In this document: piece after piece, positions 1 through 9,868 of the stretch
Layout: every line of letters begins with the position of its first letter
Position numbering within the stretch: position 1 is the first letter of the stretch
IMG/VR virus record: IMGVR_UViG_3300000530_000004
Location: 1 to 61,971 of that record
Origin: a virus
Lineage: Duplodnaviria > Caudoviricetes
DNA: 61,971 nucleotides
Strand: one strand, 5' to 3'
The notes under the pieces: generated by a model
What the model was told of the DNA's origin: nothing
Seen by the model: the letters and a program-made list of their open reading frames with translations, nothing else
Database searches by the model: none
Translations under genes and position numbers: made by a program

Positions 1-141
1 AATGGAAATCCAATTTATCAGCAAATGGAATATGGCTCACCAGCTTGGTGTGCAAACATGACTGCATTTGTACAAAACCTACAAAATACGATTACCAACC
101 TAGAAGCTAAACTAAAAGCTGCTGGCGTAGCAGGATTCTAA
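1..141 (+). CDS. 3' end of a tail fibre protein (peptidase S74-like intramolecular chaperone tail), partial
   Basis: Frame 1 reads NGNPIYQQMEYGSPAWCANMTAFVQNLQNTITNLEAKLKAAGVAGF*, resembling the coiled-coil end of tail-fibre chaperone domains. Confidence 0.6.
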   Translation, partial: NGNPIYQQMEYGSPAWCANMTAFVQNLQNTITNLEAKLKAAGVAGF

Positions 142-151
142 AGGAATAAAT

Positions 152-244
152 ATGACCTACGGAAACTTATCAGTAGACCAACTAACATCAAGCACAGGAC
201 AATCACTTAGTCCAGCCAGTTCTTCTGCGACTATGAAAGGTTAA
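152..244 (+). pseudogene. Orphaned 30-codon 5' fragment of the tail gene that restarts at 899
   Basis: RBS AAGGA precedes ATG; translates as MTYGNLSVDQLTSSTGQSLSPASSSATMKG*, matching the N-terminus of 899..1933 (MTYGTISADLISTSTGRTIGASSSATMKN). Confidence 0.75.
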
Positions 245-245
245 T

Positions 246-902
246 ATGCAAGCTCAAGTTTATCTAGTAACTAATCAGATCAACGGAAAGCATTATGTTG
301 GTCAAACCATTAACCCTCATCTTAAAAGAGGGCATGGTAGGTTATTAAAAACCGCTTACAGGTATCATGGATTTAATAATTTTAGTTATGAGCCAATTAT
401 TACTGGAATTGATAATAGAGACTGTTTAAACCTGCTAGAACGATTTTGGATTGGCGTTTATGATTGTGTTGTACCTAATGGTTATAACATTGAATTAGGC
501 GGTTCAGAGGGAGTCAAATGGACCGAAGAACGCAGAAGAAAGCATGGGTTAGCTTTAAAAGGACATAGAGGTTGGCGTAAAGGATTAAATTTGCCAAGCC
601 CTAATAAAGGAAAAAAGTATCCCGAAGAAGGAAAGCGTAAGTTATCTGAAGCATTAAAAGGCAGAGTTGGTACCAATTTAGGTAAAAAGGCTTCTGAAGA
701 AACAAAAGCAAAAATGACAGCAAGCCAAAAGGCTTATTGGGCAACTCATCCAAGCCCTAATTTGGGTAGAAAACATACTGAAGAATGGAAACAGCAAGCT
801 AGTGAAAGAATGAAAAAACAAGTTCAATCTATTGAAACAAGACAAAAGCGTAGCGAGTCAATTAAGGCTTGGCACGCTAAACGCAAGGAGCAATTAGCAT
901 GA
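246..902 (+). CDS. GIY-YIG homing endonuclease with NUMOD3-like repeats
   Basis: QVYLVTNQINGKHYVGQT, LLERFWI and NGYN motifs, followed by repeats GKKASEETKAKM and GRKHTEEWK. Confidence 0.9.
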   Translation: MQAQVYLVTNQINGKHYVGQTINPHLKRGHGRLLKTAYRYHGFNNFSYEPIITGIDNRDCLNLLERFWIGVYDCVVPNGYNIELGGSEGVKWTEERRRKHGLALKGHRGWRKGLNLPSPNKGKKYPEEGKRKLSEALKGRVGTNLGKKASEETKAKMTASQKAYWATHPSPNLGRKHTEEWKQQASERMKKQVQSIETRQKRSESIKAWHAKRKEQLA

Positions 903-1933
903 CATATGGGACTATATCTGCGGATTTAATCTCTACATCTACTGGGCGAACTATAGGAGCAAGCTCATCCGCCACAATGAAAAATCGTATTTTGAACGGC
1001 GATATGAGGATAGATCAGAGGAATAATGGGGCTAGTATTACCCCAACTACTAGCCAGTATTCGGTTGACAGATGGCTTGCAAACCTTACGGTTGCTTCAT
1101 TATATAGCGCACAACAAACAACATCCGCCCCTGCAGGCTTTACAAATTCTTTGCTTGCAACTTCTTTATCTGCGCATACAGCCACATCAGGTGATTATGA
1201 GAGTTTTCAGCAAAGAATTGAGGCTTATAATATGCAAGATGCAGGCTGGGGGACAGCTAACGCAAAAACATTTACTTTATCTTTTTGGGTACAAAGTTCT
1301 TTGACTGGAACATTCGGTGGTTCAGTATATTTTCCGGGGAGCGTGGTTGTCAGGTCTTACCCGTTTAGCTATTCTATTCCCACAGCAAACACTTGGACAT
1401 ATGTATCAATAGTTATTCCCGGAGATACCTTTTCAAATACTGCGCCTACAACTAACAACCTTTATGCAATTATCCAATGGGCTTTATGTGCCGGTTCTAA
1501 CTACGAAACATCTGTTTCTGGTTGGCAAAGTGGAAATTATTTAGCTCCTACCGGAACTGTTAATATTTTAGGCACATCAGGAGCTACATTCTACCTGACA
1601 GGCGTACAACTCGAAGTAGGAACAGTCGCAAGTAGCTTTGATTACAGAGATTATGGTCGTGAATTGATAATGTGTCAGAGGTATTATGAATATGGCAATT
1701 TTAGAATTGATGGTTATGGAGCAAGTGGAACTAGATTATCAACTACATACGGATATAAAGCAAATAAAAGAATTAATCCTACTGTAACATTTACAGGCAC
1801 TGGATTTATTAATGGTTCTGGTGTAGGAATCGATGGTGCATCAGATGTTTATGGATTTATAGGATATTTTTCTGTGACTTCAACTGGAGGGGCAGCAATG
1901 GCTACTGGTTGGAATTCTTCTGCGGAGCTATAA
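899..1933 (+). CDS. Tail fibre / receptor-binding protein (beta-rich)
   Basis: KNRILNGDMRIDQRN, TGVQLEVG and ELIMCQRYY motifs typical of phage tail-fibre domains; located in the tail region. Confidence 0.7.
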   Translation: MTYGTISADLISTSTGRTIGASSSATMKNRILNGDMRIDQRNNGASITPTTSQYSVDRWLANLTVASLYSAQQTTSAPAGFTNSLLATSLSAHTATSGDYESFQQRIEAYNMQDAGWGTANAKTFTLSFWVQSSLTGTFGGSVYFPGSVVVRSYPFSYSIPTANTWTYVSIVIPGDTFSNTAPTTNNLYAIIQWALCAGSNYETSVSGWQSGNYLAPTGTVNILGTSGATFYLTGVQLEVGTVASSFDYRDYGRELIMCQRYYEYGNFRIDGYGASGTRLSTTYGYKANKRINPTVTFTGTGFINGSGVGIDGASDVYGFIGYFSVTSTGGAAMATGWNSSAEL

Positions 1934-2143
1934 ATGATATACAAACAAATACTAGATAATTTATCAAATAAAATAGCAATTATTCAGCGTTTGTCTGATA
2001 CAGCATTTATTCCCCTTGCCAAAGCCAACACTGATTACCAACAATTTAAAAAAGACTTGTCTAACGGTGCAGAACTACAAGACAGCACAGGCGCTGTAAT
2101 GACAGCTAGTCAGATTCAAGCGTTTATAGCGACACTGCCATGA
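1934..2143 (+). CDS. Small tail-fibre-associated protein
   Basis: FIPLAKANTDYQQF motif; directly follows the fibre gene. Confidence 0.55.
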   Translation: MIYKQILDNLSNKIAIIQRLSDTAFIPLAKANTDYQQFKKDLSNGAELQDSTGAVMTASQIQAFIATLP

Positions 2144-2562
2144 TCTGGAATAAAGAAACTGACCCTAGACTACCAAGCTGGCTTAATGCAGTTCTTAACA
2201 CGCCACCTTTTCTATTACCCCAAGAGTTTGTAATTCCTGTTATCTGTATTGTTCTGGGGTTCAAGCGTAATGGTAAATGGATGCTTGGTAAGATAGGTCG
2301 TGGCCCTAATAATCCTGCGTATATTGGACAGATGTTCTGGAATGGCATATTCGAGTGCAGATTCATGTTGCCATTTTATGTGAATTTTATGATTAGATGG
2401 TCAGCAACTGCTAGTCCAAGTTACTTTCAGTTTCAACTGGGCTGGAAACGCAATGGACGCTTTGCTATTGCATTTAGATTCTTAACCGATGCCTCTGCAA
2501 GGGCTGGTGTATTAAGCCCTAACACAGACCAAGCTGGTGGGTTTAATGAGGGTACGGCATAG
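2140..2562 (+). CDS. Hypothetical protein
   Basis: 140-aa ORF coupled to both neighbours by overlapping start/stop codons. Confidence 0.55.
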   Translation: MIWNKETDPRLPSWLNAVLNTPPFLLPQEFVIPVICIVLGFKRNGKWMLGKIGRGPNNPAYIGQMFWNGIFECRFMLPFYVNFMIRWSATASPSYFQFQLGWKRNGRFAIAFRFLTDASARAGVLSPNTDQAGGFNEGTA

Positions 2563-3128
2563 TGTTTGCAATAACTGCCCTTGCTCAGTCACCCTATGCT
2601 TCGCTTGGCGGTAATACTTACCTTGTGTCCATTTCAGATTCTGTAACGTCTACTGATACATTAAGTTCTTTTGCTAATTTTGTGGGTACAACAAGCGAGT
2701 CATCATCATTTACAGATTCAGATGTAGGGCAGTTTAATTTCTTTGAGACTGTTGCAGATACTCAATTCTATTCGGATCAGTATTTTGGATACTGGAATAC
2801 TAATGCTTCAACCTTAGAATCTCAAACTTTAACAGACAGCTTATCAGCTACACAGAATTTTCCAGTCGCAGTTACAGATACTGCAACTTATTTAGATTCA
2901 TTGCTTAATACGGGTTGGGCTAAGATTAATGATAATCAAACAGTTACTTGGACTCAAGTATATAATGTTCAAAACGAAACATGGCAGCAAGTAGTTGATG
3001 TACAGTCATCTGCAAATACGGGTGGCCTATTCTTTGGCGCGGCAGCTTTTGGACAAAGCCCATACTCGGGATCATCTACTACAGGTGTCACTGGGCCTAA
3101 TTGGACAGATATAAACGATATACAGTAA
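2562..3128 (+). CDS. Virion structural protein (Ser/Thr-rich)
   Basis: MFAITALAQSPYASLGG N-terminus and WTDIND C-terminus; tail-region context. Confidence 0.55.
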   Translation: MFAITALAQSPYASLGGNTYLVSISDSVTSTDTLSSFANFVGTTSESSSFTDSDVGQFNFFETVADTQFYSDQYFGYWNTNASTLESQTLTDSLSATQNFPVAVTDTATYLDSLLNTGWAKINDNQTVTWTQVYNVQNETWQQVVDVQSSANTGGLFFGAAAFGQSPYSGSSTTGVTGPNWTDINDIQ

Positions 3129-3152
3129 AATATTAAAAACTAAGGAGTTTTT

Positions 3153-4223
3153 ATGGCCTCAACATATTCACCATCGCTTAAGTTAGAGCTAATGGGTAAC
3201 GGCGACCAAGCTGGTACTTGGGGTACGACTACCAACAATAACCTTGGTACACTCCTTGAACAGGCTATTACTGGCGTACAGACTATTACGCTTTTAGATG
3301 CTGATCATACTCTAACAAATATTAACGGTGCATCAGATGAAGCTCGTAATGCGGTTTTAGTCGTTAATGGTACTACTTCTGCTATTCGTAATATTATTGC
3401 ACCAACATCCCAACAGAAAACATATATTGTAACTAATAGTACTGTCGGTGGGTTTGGTATAACAGTTAAAACAGCTTCTGGAGCTGGAGTAACAATTCCT
3501 TATGGTGCGACACAGATTGTTTATACCGACGGCACCAATTTTTATCTTGCAGCTTCCCAAACAGTAGTTGCCGCAGGTACCGGCATAAATGTGTCAACAG
3601 TGGGTACTACTGCTACAGTATCTAATACTGGGGTCGTAACTGTAACACCAAGCACAGGGATATCTGCCTCTACCACAGGCACTAACGTTACTATAGCTAA
3701 TACTGGAGTCACTTCAATAACTGGTACAGCGAATCAAGTTACAGCGTCTGCTAGTACTGGTGGAGTCACTTTAAGCCTGCCTTCTACTATTAACGTGAAT
3801 ATTTCTGGTAATGCTGCTACCGCTACAAATGCTAATTATGCAACAAATGCGGGTAATGCTAACTATGCAAATAGTGCTGGTTCAGCTAATAACGGTCTAG
3901 TAGCTGATTCTTTAGGCGGTAGTGGTTATGCACAGGTAGGCGGTTTAATTATTCAATGGCTTACTGTTACTGTTGGCACTACTGGGGGTAATGGTATGCA
4001 AGGTCCTTATGGGTTTAATTGGCCTAGAGGGTTTCCTAATACGTGTCTTTTTGCATCATGTAGTACACTTTTAGGGGGTAGTTTAAACTCTAGTGGTACT
4101 GGGCATATGGATATGTATTCTTATAATGGCTCAAATTTTGAAGTATTTTATAACGCTACAAATAATGGTAATGGCGGGACAGGGCAAAACTTACAGGCTA
4201 CAGTTTTTGCCGTAGGTTATTAA
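3153..4223 (+). CDS. Tail fibre protein
   Basis: MASTYSPSLKLELM start, Gly/Thr/Asn-rich shaft, C-terminal GGLIIQW...FPN...AVGY domain; RBS AAGGAG. Confidence 0.75.
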   Translation: MASTYSPSLKLELMGNGDQAGTWGTTTNNNLGTLLEQAITGVQTITLLDADHTLTNINGASDEARNAVLVVNGTTSAIRNIIAPTSQQKTYIVTNSTVGGFGITVKTASGAGVTIPYGATQIVYTDGTNFYLAASQTVVAAGTGINVSTVGTTATVSNTGVVTVTPSTGISASTTGTNVTIANTGVTSITGTANQVTASASTGGVTLSLPSTINVNISGNAATATNANYATNAGNANYANSAGSANNGLVADSLGGSGYAQVGGLIIQWLTVTVGTTGGNGMQGPYGFNWPRGFPNTCLFASCSTLLGGSLNSSGTGHMDMYSYNGSNFEVFYNATNNGNGGTGQNLQATVFAVGY

Positions 4224-4233
4224 GGAGATTAAT

Positions 4234-4722
4234 ATGAACTGGCTTGAACAAATCGCGCCTACTATAGCAACTGCCATTGGCGGTCCTTTAGGCGGTATTG
4301 CTTACGAAGTTATCTCTAAAGTAATGGGCGTTAGCCAAGATGATGCTAAACAAATGCTTGAGACCGGAAAGCTGTCCTCAGATCAGATAGCACAAGTTAA
4401 ACAAGCTGAGATCGAGCTTAAAAAGACCGAAGAAACGCTAGGATTAGACTTTGCATCCTTAGCTGAAAAAGATCGTGAATCAGCTAGGAATATGCAGTCT
4501 GTTACTAAATCATGGATACCAGGCTTTCTTGCTATATTCATTACCGCAGGGTTCTTTGGGATCTTACTTGCCCTTATGTATGGACAAGTACAGAAAAGTA
4601 ATGAGATTATGATTATGCTTGGATCTCTAGGAACTGCATGGGCTGGAGTGGTATCGTTTTACTTTGGCTCCAGTGCTAGTAGTCAGAATAAAGACGCTAC
4701 AATACATAACCTGAGTAAATAA
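4234..4722 (+). CDS. Holin-like membrane protein
   Basis: N-terminal APTIATAIGGPLGG, two C-terminal hydrophobic segments, FYFGSS motif; adjacent to the endolysin. Confidence 0.7.
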   Translation: MNWLEQIAPTIATAIGGPLGGIAYEVISKVMGVSQDDAKQMLETGKLSSDQIAQVKQAEIELKKTEETLGLDFASLAEKDRESARNMQSVTKSWIPGFLAIFITAGFFGILLALMYGQVQKSNEIMIMLGSLGTAWAGVVSFYFGSSASSQNKDATIHNLSK

Positions 4723-4723
4723 C

Positions 4724-5185
4724 ATGACACCTAATGAAAAAGCTTTTTTAGATATGCTAGCCATCAGTGAGGGAACTTATGGGAAGGGAGACAACGGATA
4801 CAACGTACTTGTGGGAGGTACTTTGTTTAGCGGCTATAGCGATCATCCCAATATATTGGTGGACTTGGGGCATGGACTTAAATCAACAGCTGCAGGCCGT
4901 TACCAACTCCTCTACCGCTGGTGGGAGCCATACAAAAAACTCTTGAACTTACCTGACTTTTCTCCCGAGTCTCAAGATAAAGTAGCACTTCAACAGATCA
5001 AAGAAAGAAATGCTATTGACGATATTAATAGTGGTAATATTAAGTCAGCGATTCAAAAATGTTCAAATATCTGGGCTTCACTGCCCGGTAATGATTATGG
5101 GCAGCATCAGAATAGTATGACTGCATTAATTGAAGCATATACTAATATGGGTGGGACCGATGCCTCTCCAGAAGCTACAGTTTAG
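4724..5185 (+). CDS. Endolysin, lambda R-type transglycosylase (GH104)
   Basis: AFLDMLAISEGT, STAAGRYQLL, DFSPESQD and WASLPG motifs of lambda-type lysozymes. Confidence 0.93.
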   Translation: MTPNEKAFLDMLAISEGTYGKGDNGYNVLVGGTLFSGYSDHPNILVDLGHGLKSTAAGRYQLLYRWWEPYKKLLNLPDFSPESQDKVALQQIKERNAIDDINSGNIKSAIQKCSNIWASLPGNDYGQHQNSMTALIEAYTNMGGTDASPEATV

Positions 5186-7280
5186 GCCGGGAGTCAACAG
5201 AGAAGCGACATCATATTCAAACGAAGGTGGTTGGTTTGATGGGGATAAGGTTCGTTTTCGTTCAGGATTCCCAACTAAAATTGGTGGCTGGCAGCAAATA
5301 TCTAATAGTCAGTTTCTTGGTACCGCTCGTTCATTATGGGTTTGGGCTGATGGGGATGGTAGCGCGGGATCTTTATATTATGGTGTCGGCACTAACTTAA
5401 AATATTATATCTATTCAGGTGGTATTTATTACGATATTACTCCTATTATACAAACGGATACTTTAACAAATGCGATTACAGCAACTAGTGGGTCGAGTTA
5501 TATTACTATTACTGACGGTACTTACAGCCCTAGTGTTGGCGATTATATTACTATTTCTGGCGCATCTTCTCTCGGCGGTAATTTAACATCTACTGTTCTT
5601 AACCAAGAATTTGTTGTTACTTCAATTTTGAGTGCTACTCAATATCAAGTTAATGTCGGCGTTACTGCTAATGCATCTGATACTGGTAATGGTGGTACGA
5701 TCACTGTGCAATATTATTACCCCTCTGGTCTTGATGTATTTTCTATTGGTACTGGCTGGGGTGCGGGGCCATGGAGCCGCGGTACTTGGGGTAGTAGTTA
5801 TTCCGCTGGTATTGGTGAGCAATTACGCCTTTGGTCAAATGATAATTTTGGTTTTAACTTAGTTATTGCTCCTCGTGGGGGGCCAATATTTTATTGGCAA
5901 GATAGCCTTGGTGTTAATACTCATGCGCAATCTTTAAGTAGTGTCGCTAACTCGACAACGGAGTTAACCGATACCTCTACGTTTACTAGCGGTGCTAATT
6001 TTATTACAGTAACAAGTGCTAACGCTCCATATATAGCAGCGTATATGTATATCACTGGAACAGGGCTACCTGCCGGTACTCAAGTTGCATCAACTTATGT
6101 TTTAGGCTCAACTACTGTGCCGATTACAACCACAACTACAAGTGCTAGTTCTGGTAATTATTCATTCTCCTACCCCGGCGCTTTTGTTCCTAACGCAACA
6201 TATCAAGTTATCACGTCTGCTATACAGGAATTTGTTATCACCTTTGGGTCTAACTCATATAACCCCAATAACTCTAATACACCATTTGACCCAATGTTAG
6301 TTCGTTGGTCAGATCAGGCTAATCCTTATCAGTGGGTTCCAGCAATTACTAATCAGTCTGGTGAGTATACACTTACTAACGGCTCGTACATTATGGGTGC
6401 TAGGGCTACTCGCCAAGAGATATTAGTTTGGACCGATCAAGCAATTTATTCCATGCAGTATATTGGCACGCCGTATGTCTGGGGTTTTCAGATCTTAATG
6501 GATAACATATCTGTTATGTCTCCCAACTGCATGATAACCATTAACAATATTACTTATTGGATGGGAGTAGATAAGTTCTACATGTATACAGGTACTGTGC
6601 AGACATTACCCTGTGCTATTTGGCAGTATGTGTTTGATGATATAAATACTGAGCAGGCGTATCAGATTTTTGTTGGATCGAATGAAGCATTTAATGAAGT
6701 ATGGTGGTTCTACGTTAGTAAGTCCAGCGGCGGCACGATCATTGATAAGTACATCGTATATAACTATTTAGAACAAGTTTGGTATTACGGTACGATGAAC
6801 CGTAGTGCATGGATTCAGTCCGGTACAATTCAATACCCCCTTGCTGCCGACTACAATAGCCGTTTACTCTATCACGAGCTTGGTAACGATGATAACTCCA
6901 CTCAGACAACACAACCTATTACGGCGTATATTCAGTCTTCTGATTTTGATATTGGAGATGGTCATAACTTTGCTTTTGTATGGCGCATGTTACCTGATAT
7001 TAATTTCAACGGTTCTACGGTTAACGACCCTACTGTCACTATCCAGCTAAATGCAAGACAAGATTCTGGGTCAGCATATCAACCCGCTGGTGTGCCTACT
7101 GTTGCGAGTACTCAAAACTATCTTACTGTACCGGAGTATACAGTTCAGCAATTTACAGGACAGGTTTACACTAGGCTGCGCGGACGTCAGATGGCGTTTC
7201 AAATTCAGTCTACGGGAGTGGGCGTTGCTTGGCAGTTAGGTAGTCCACGAATTGATGTCCGTCCGGACGGCAGACGTTGA
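5160..7280 (+). CDS. Podovirus tail / DNA-stabilisation protein (P22 gp10-like beta-propeller)
   Basis: Likely start MPLQKLQFRPGVNRE; VRWSDQ and EVWWFY motifs; ends DVRPDGRR; precedes the ejection proteins. Confidence 0.65.
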   Translation: MPLQKLQFRPGVNREATSYSNEGGWFDGDKVRFRSGFPTKIGGWQQISNSQFLGTARSLWVWADGDGSAGSLYYGVGTNLKYYIYSGGIYYDITPIIQTDTLTNAITATSGSSYITITDGTYSPSVGDYITISGASSLGGNLTSTVLNQEFVVTSILSATQYQVNVGVTANASDTGNGGTITVQYYYPSGLDVFSIGTGWGAGPWSRGTWGSSYSAGIGEQLRLWSNDNFGFNLVIAPRGGPIFYWQDSLGVNTHAQSLSSVANSTTELTDTSTFTSGANFITVTSANAPYIAAYMYITGTGLPAGTQVASTYVLGSTTVPITTTTTSASSGNYSFSYPGAFVPNATYQVITSAIQEFVITFGSNSYNPNNSNTPFDPMLVRWSDQANPYQWVPAITNQSGEYTLTNGSYIMGARATRQEILVWTDQAIYSMQYIGTPYVWGFQILMDNISVMSPNCMITINNITYWMGVDKFYMYTGTVQTLPCAIWQYVFDDINTEQAYQIFVGSNEAFNEVWWFYVSKSSGGTIIDKYIVYNYLEQVWYYGTMNRSAWIQSGTIQYPLAADYNSRLLYHELGNDDNSTQTTQPITAYIQSSDFDIGDGHNFAFVWRMLPDINFNGSTVNDPTVTIQLNARQDSGSAYQPAGVPTVASTQNYLTVPEYTVQQFTGQVYTRLRGRQMAFQIQSTGVGVAWQLGSPRIDVRPDGRR

Positions 7281-7927
7281 GTATGGCTACCGTTTATTAT
7301 CGTATTAAGCCGACTTCAGCGCCTAACTTATCGGTGCCACCTGTTAAGTATGATCAGCAGTACTTTAATATGCTGGTTAACTTATTACGGCTTTACTTTA
7401 ATCAGAACGATGCAGACTGGCGAGCGTTGACAAGTACTACTGGTGGGTTGTCAATTAATTTCCCTCATGGGGATTTTTCGTCCAACGTATCTCAAACGGC
7501 TTTAGCTAATACGCCAACTCGTATTTTATTGGATACGAATGAAGTTAGTAATGATATTACTTTTAGCTCTGCTGGAACGATTACAGTAAAACAAGCAGCG
7601 GTGTATAACGTTCAATTTAGTATTGAAGCACAAAATACTGATACAACTATTCATACTATATATGTATGGGTTCGGCAAAACGGAATAGATGTACCTCGCT
7701 CTGCTAGCGCATGGGCAGTTCCTAATAGCCATGGGGGTACGCCGGGGTATGCAGTTTTAGCAGCTAACTTTAATCTTTCGATGAATGCGGGAGACTATGT
7801 TGAGCTATGGTGGGCCATAAGAAATACTCAAGTTTCTATACTTTATCAGCCTGCGCAGACAACTCCATTTGTTATGCCTGCTATACCATCTGTAATAATT
7901 ACAGTTAATTATGTATCTGAATTATAA
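7277..7927 (+). CDS. Virion protein with C1q/TNF-like beta domain
   Basis: LRLYFNQ helix followed by a beta-rich domain (VYNVQFSIE...GDYVELWW). Confidence 0.55.
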   Translation: MSMATVYYRIKPTSAPNLSVPPVKYDQQYFNMLVNLLRLYFNQNDADWRALTSTTGGLSINFPHGDFSSNVSQTALANTPTRILLDTNEVSNDITFSSAGTITVKQAAVYNVQFSIEAQNTDTTIHTIYVWVRQNGIDVPRSASAWAVPNSHGGTPGYAVLAANFNLSMNAGDYVELWWAIRNTQVSILYQPAQTTPFVMPAIPSVIITVNYVSEL

Positions 7928-7983
7928 GTAGTAAATACTGGGTAATATGTTATTATTTATCAAACGAACAAAAAGGTGACATT

Positions 7984-9447
7984 ATGTCTGGAGGCGGCGG
8001 AACAAGCAGTATGCTAGCTACGGCAGCGGGCCTTGGCGCTAGCGCATTTTTAGGTCCAGAAGCTACTCTGGGCGAACAAGCTCTCTTAGGTGCAGTAGCT
8101 GGTGGAGCAACTTCTGCTTTAACCGGTGGTAATGCCATGAGCGGTGCGCTTCTTGGTGGTGCTGGTGGTGGCATAGGGCAGTTAACCGGTGGGCTTGGCG
8201 GATCACTTTATAACCTTTCTCCTACCGCTATTAGTGGGGGTAGTTTAGCCACTGCTGGTAATCAAGCTGGGGCGGCTGCTTTAGGTGGGGGTATTGATCC
8301 AAGTACTCTTGCCGGACAACAATCTTTAGGTAATGCGCTTAGTACCGCGGGGTTAGATCCATCTAGCGCGGCTTACCAACAAGCTCTTGCTAATCAAGCT
8401 ACTTTCGCTCAAGGTGCAGGAAGTCAAGTTGCGGGGATGCAAGCAGCTAATCCTATGTCGACTGCTTCTTCTACTGTCGGTAACTTTATTGGTAATCATC
8501 CTTATATGACAGCGGGGCTAGCACTAGCTGGGCTTCCTCTAATTCAAAATATAATGACGGGGCGTGGTAATAATTACTTACCTAATTATGTACAACCAAC
8601 CTATGGGTTAATGGGCGCAGCTCCGGGGGGTATTCAAGTAGCAAGACCTATGGCAGCAGGTGGTAGTGTAACTCCATCTGTATCACCTACTTATACACCT
8701 ACTAGTTATGGGAGCATTATGCCAACAGGTGGTGTAGCTCCAGCCGATTTAACTGCAGCGCCACAAACTAATAATTTACAGTCTTTAATTGCTTCGGCTT
8801 TACCAAGTAATACACCTCAATCAACGCTTCAAAGCTTAACATCTCAAGCACAGTCAGGTTTATCTGCTTATGGATTAGCTGAAGGTGGTATTACATCTCT
8901 TCCTCAAGCTCAGCGTTTAACGCAATCTAATTCATATAATATGCCCGCACAGTCTCCTGTTAGTGCACAGCAAGCAATGGCAAATACAGCGACAAATGTA
9001 AATCCATTAACCGGTATGCCTGTAAAAGCGATGGCAGTGGGTGGTATGGCAGCTCCTGCTTATAATCCTAATTCAGAACTGATGACTCAGTATATGATGC
9101 AGAATATGTCTGGTATGCCGAACATAGTACCTACTGGTAATGCGAAAGGCGGCCCAATTAGTGGGAATGGTAATCTTGGTAGCTACTCAGATGGTGGACA
9201 GATGTTACAAGGCCCCGGCGATGGTATGAGCGATTCTATCCCTGCAACGATTGGCGGTGCTCAACCTGCACGATTAGCACAGGGCGAGTTCGTGGTTCCA
9301 GCTGATGTAGTTTCTCATCTTGGTAACGGATCTACCGATGCAGGCGCTAAACAGTTATATGCAATGATGGATAAAGTAAGAAAGGCAAGAACAGGGAATC
9401 CTAAACAGGGTAAACAAATTAACCCAAGTAAATATATGCCTGCATGA
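7984..9447 (+). CDS. Internal virion / DNA ejection protein (Gly/Ala-rich)
   Basis: Gly/Ala-rich; C-terminal GPGDGMSDSIPA...ARLAQGEFVVPADVVSHLGNGS domain; several xxGG motifs. Confidence 0.6.
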   Translation: MSGGGGTSSMLATAAGLGASAFLGPEATLGEQALLGAVAGGATSALTGGNAMSGALLGGAGGGIGQLTGGLGGSLYNLSPTAISGGSLATAGNQAGAAALGGGIDPSTLAGQQSLGNALSTAGLDPSSAAYQQALANQATFAQGAGSQVAGMQAANPMSTASSTVGNFIGNHPYMTAGLALAGLPLIQNIMTGRGNNYLPNYVQPTYGLMGAAPGGIQVARPMAAGGSVTPSVSPTYTPTSYGSIMPTGGVAPADLTAAPQTNNLQSLIASALPSNTPQSTLQSLTSQAQSGLSAYGLAEGGITSLPQAQRLTQSNSYNMPAQSPVSAQQAMANTATNVNPLTGMPVKAMAVGGMAAPAYNPNSELMTQYMMQNMSGMPNIVPTGNAKGGPISGNGNLGSYSDGGQMLQGPGDGMSDSIPATIGGAQPARLAQGEFVVPADVVSHLGNGSTDAGAKQLYAMMDKVRKARTGNPKQGKQINPSKYMPA

Positions 9448-9857
9448 CGATACATGTACAATATGTAGAACCAGAGTTTGCAGCCCAGTCGTGGCATCTG
9501 GTAGAAAAATATATAGAAGCGGCCTTAGTGCACGGACACGGTGACTACACGCTAGATCAAGTCAAGCTGTTAGTAAATATGGGACAGTGGCTTTTGTTAG
9601 TGGCAGTAGATGAAAGTGGAAGTGTACATGGAGCAGCAACAGTATCCTTCCTAAATTACCCCAATAGTCGGGTAGCTTTCATTACATCAATAGGTGGTAG
9701 ATTAATTAGTAGTCCTGATACTTTTAAAGAGATGACTATAATTCTTAAAAGTCGTGGTGCAACAAGAGTACAGGGACTTGCAAGACCATCAGTAGCACGA
9801 TTATGGAAACGCTACGGGTTTGAAGAAATATCTGCCATGGTGGAAGTTAAAATTTAG
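9444..9857 (+). CDS. GNAT-fold-like virion assembly protein
   Basis: C-terminal ARPSVARLWKRYGF resembles the acetyltransferase fold; lies between ejection-protein genes. Confidence 0.45.
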   Translation: MTIHVQYVEPEFAAQSWHLVEKYIEAALVHGHGDYTLDQVKLLVNMGQWLLLVAVDESGSVHGAATVSFLNYPNSRVAFITSIGGRLISSPDTFKEMTIILKSRGATRVQGLARPSVARLWKRYGFEEISAMVEVKI

Positions 9858-9868
9858 GAGTAACTATT

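Noticed and set aside
245-898. Group I intron containing the GIY-YIG ORF
   Set aside because: The ORF fills the whole interval, leaving no room for a ribozyme core, and the downstream gene has its own complete N-terminus.
4234-5185. Rz/Rz1 spanin genes beside the lysis cassette
   Set aside because: No nested lipoprotein ORF with a lipobox was found near the holin and endolysin.
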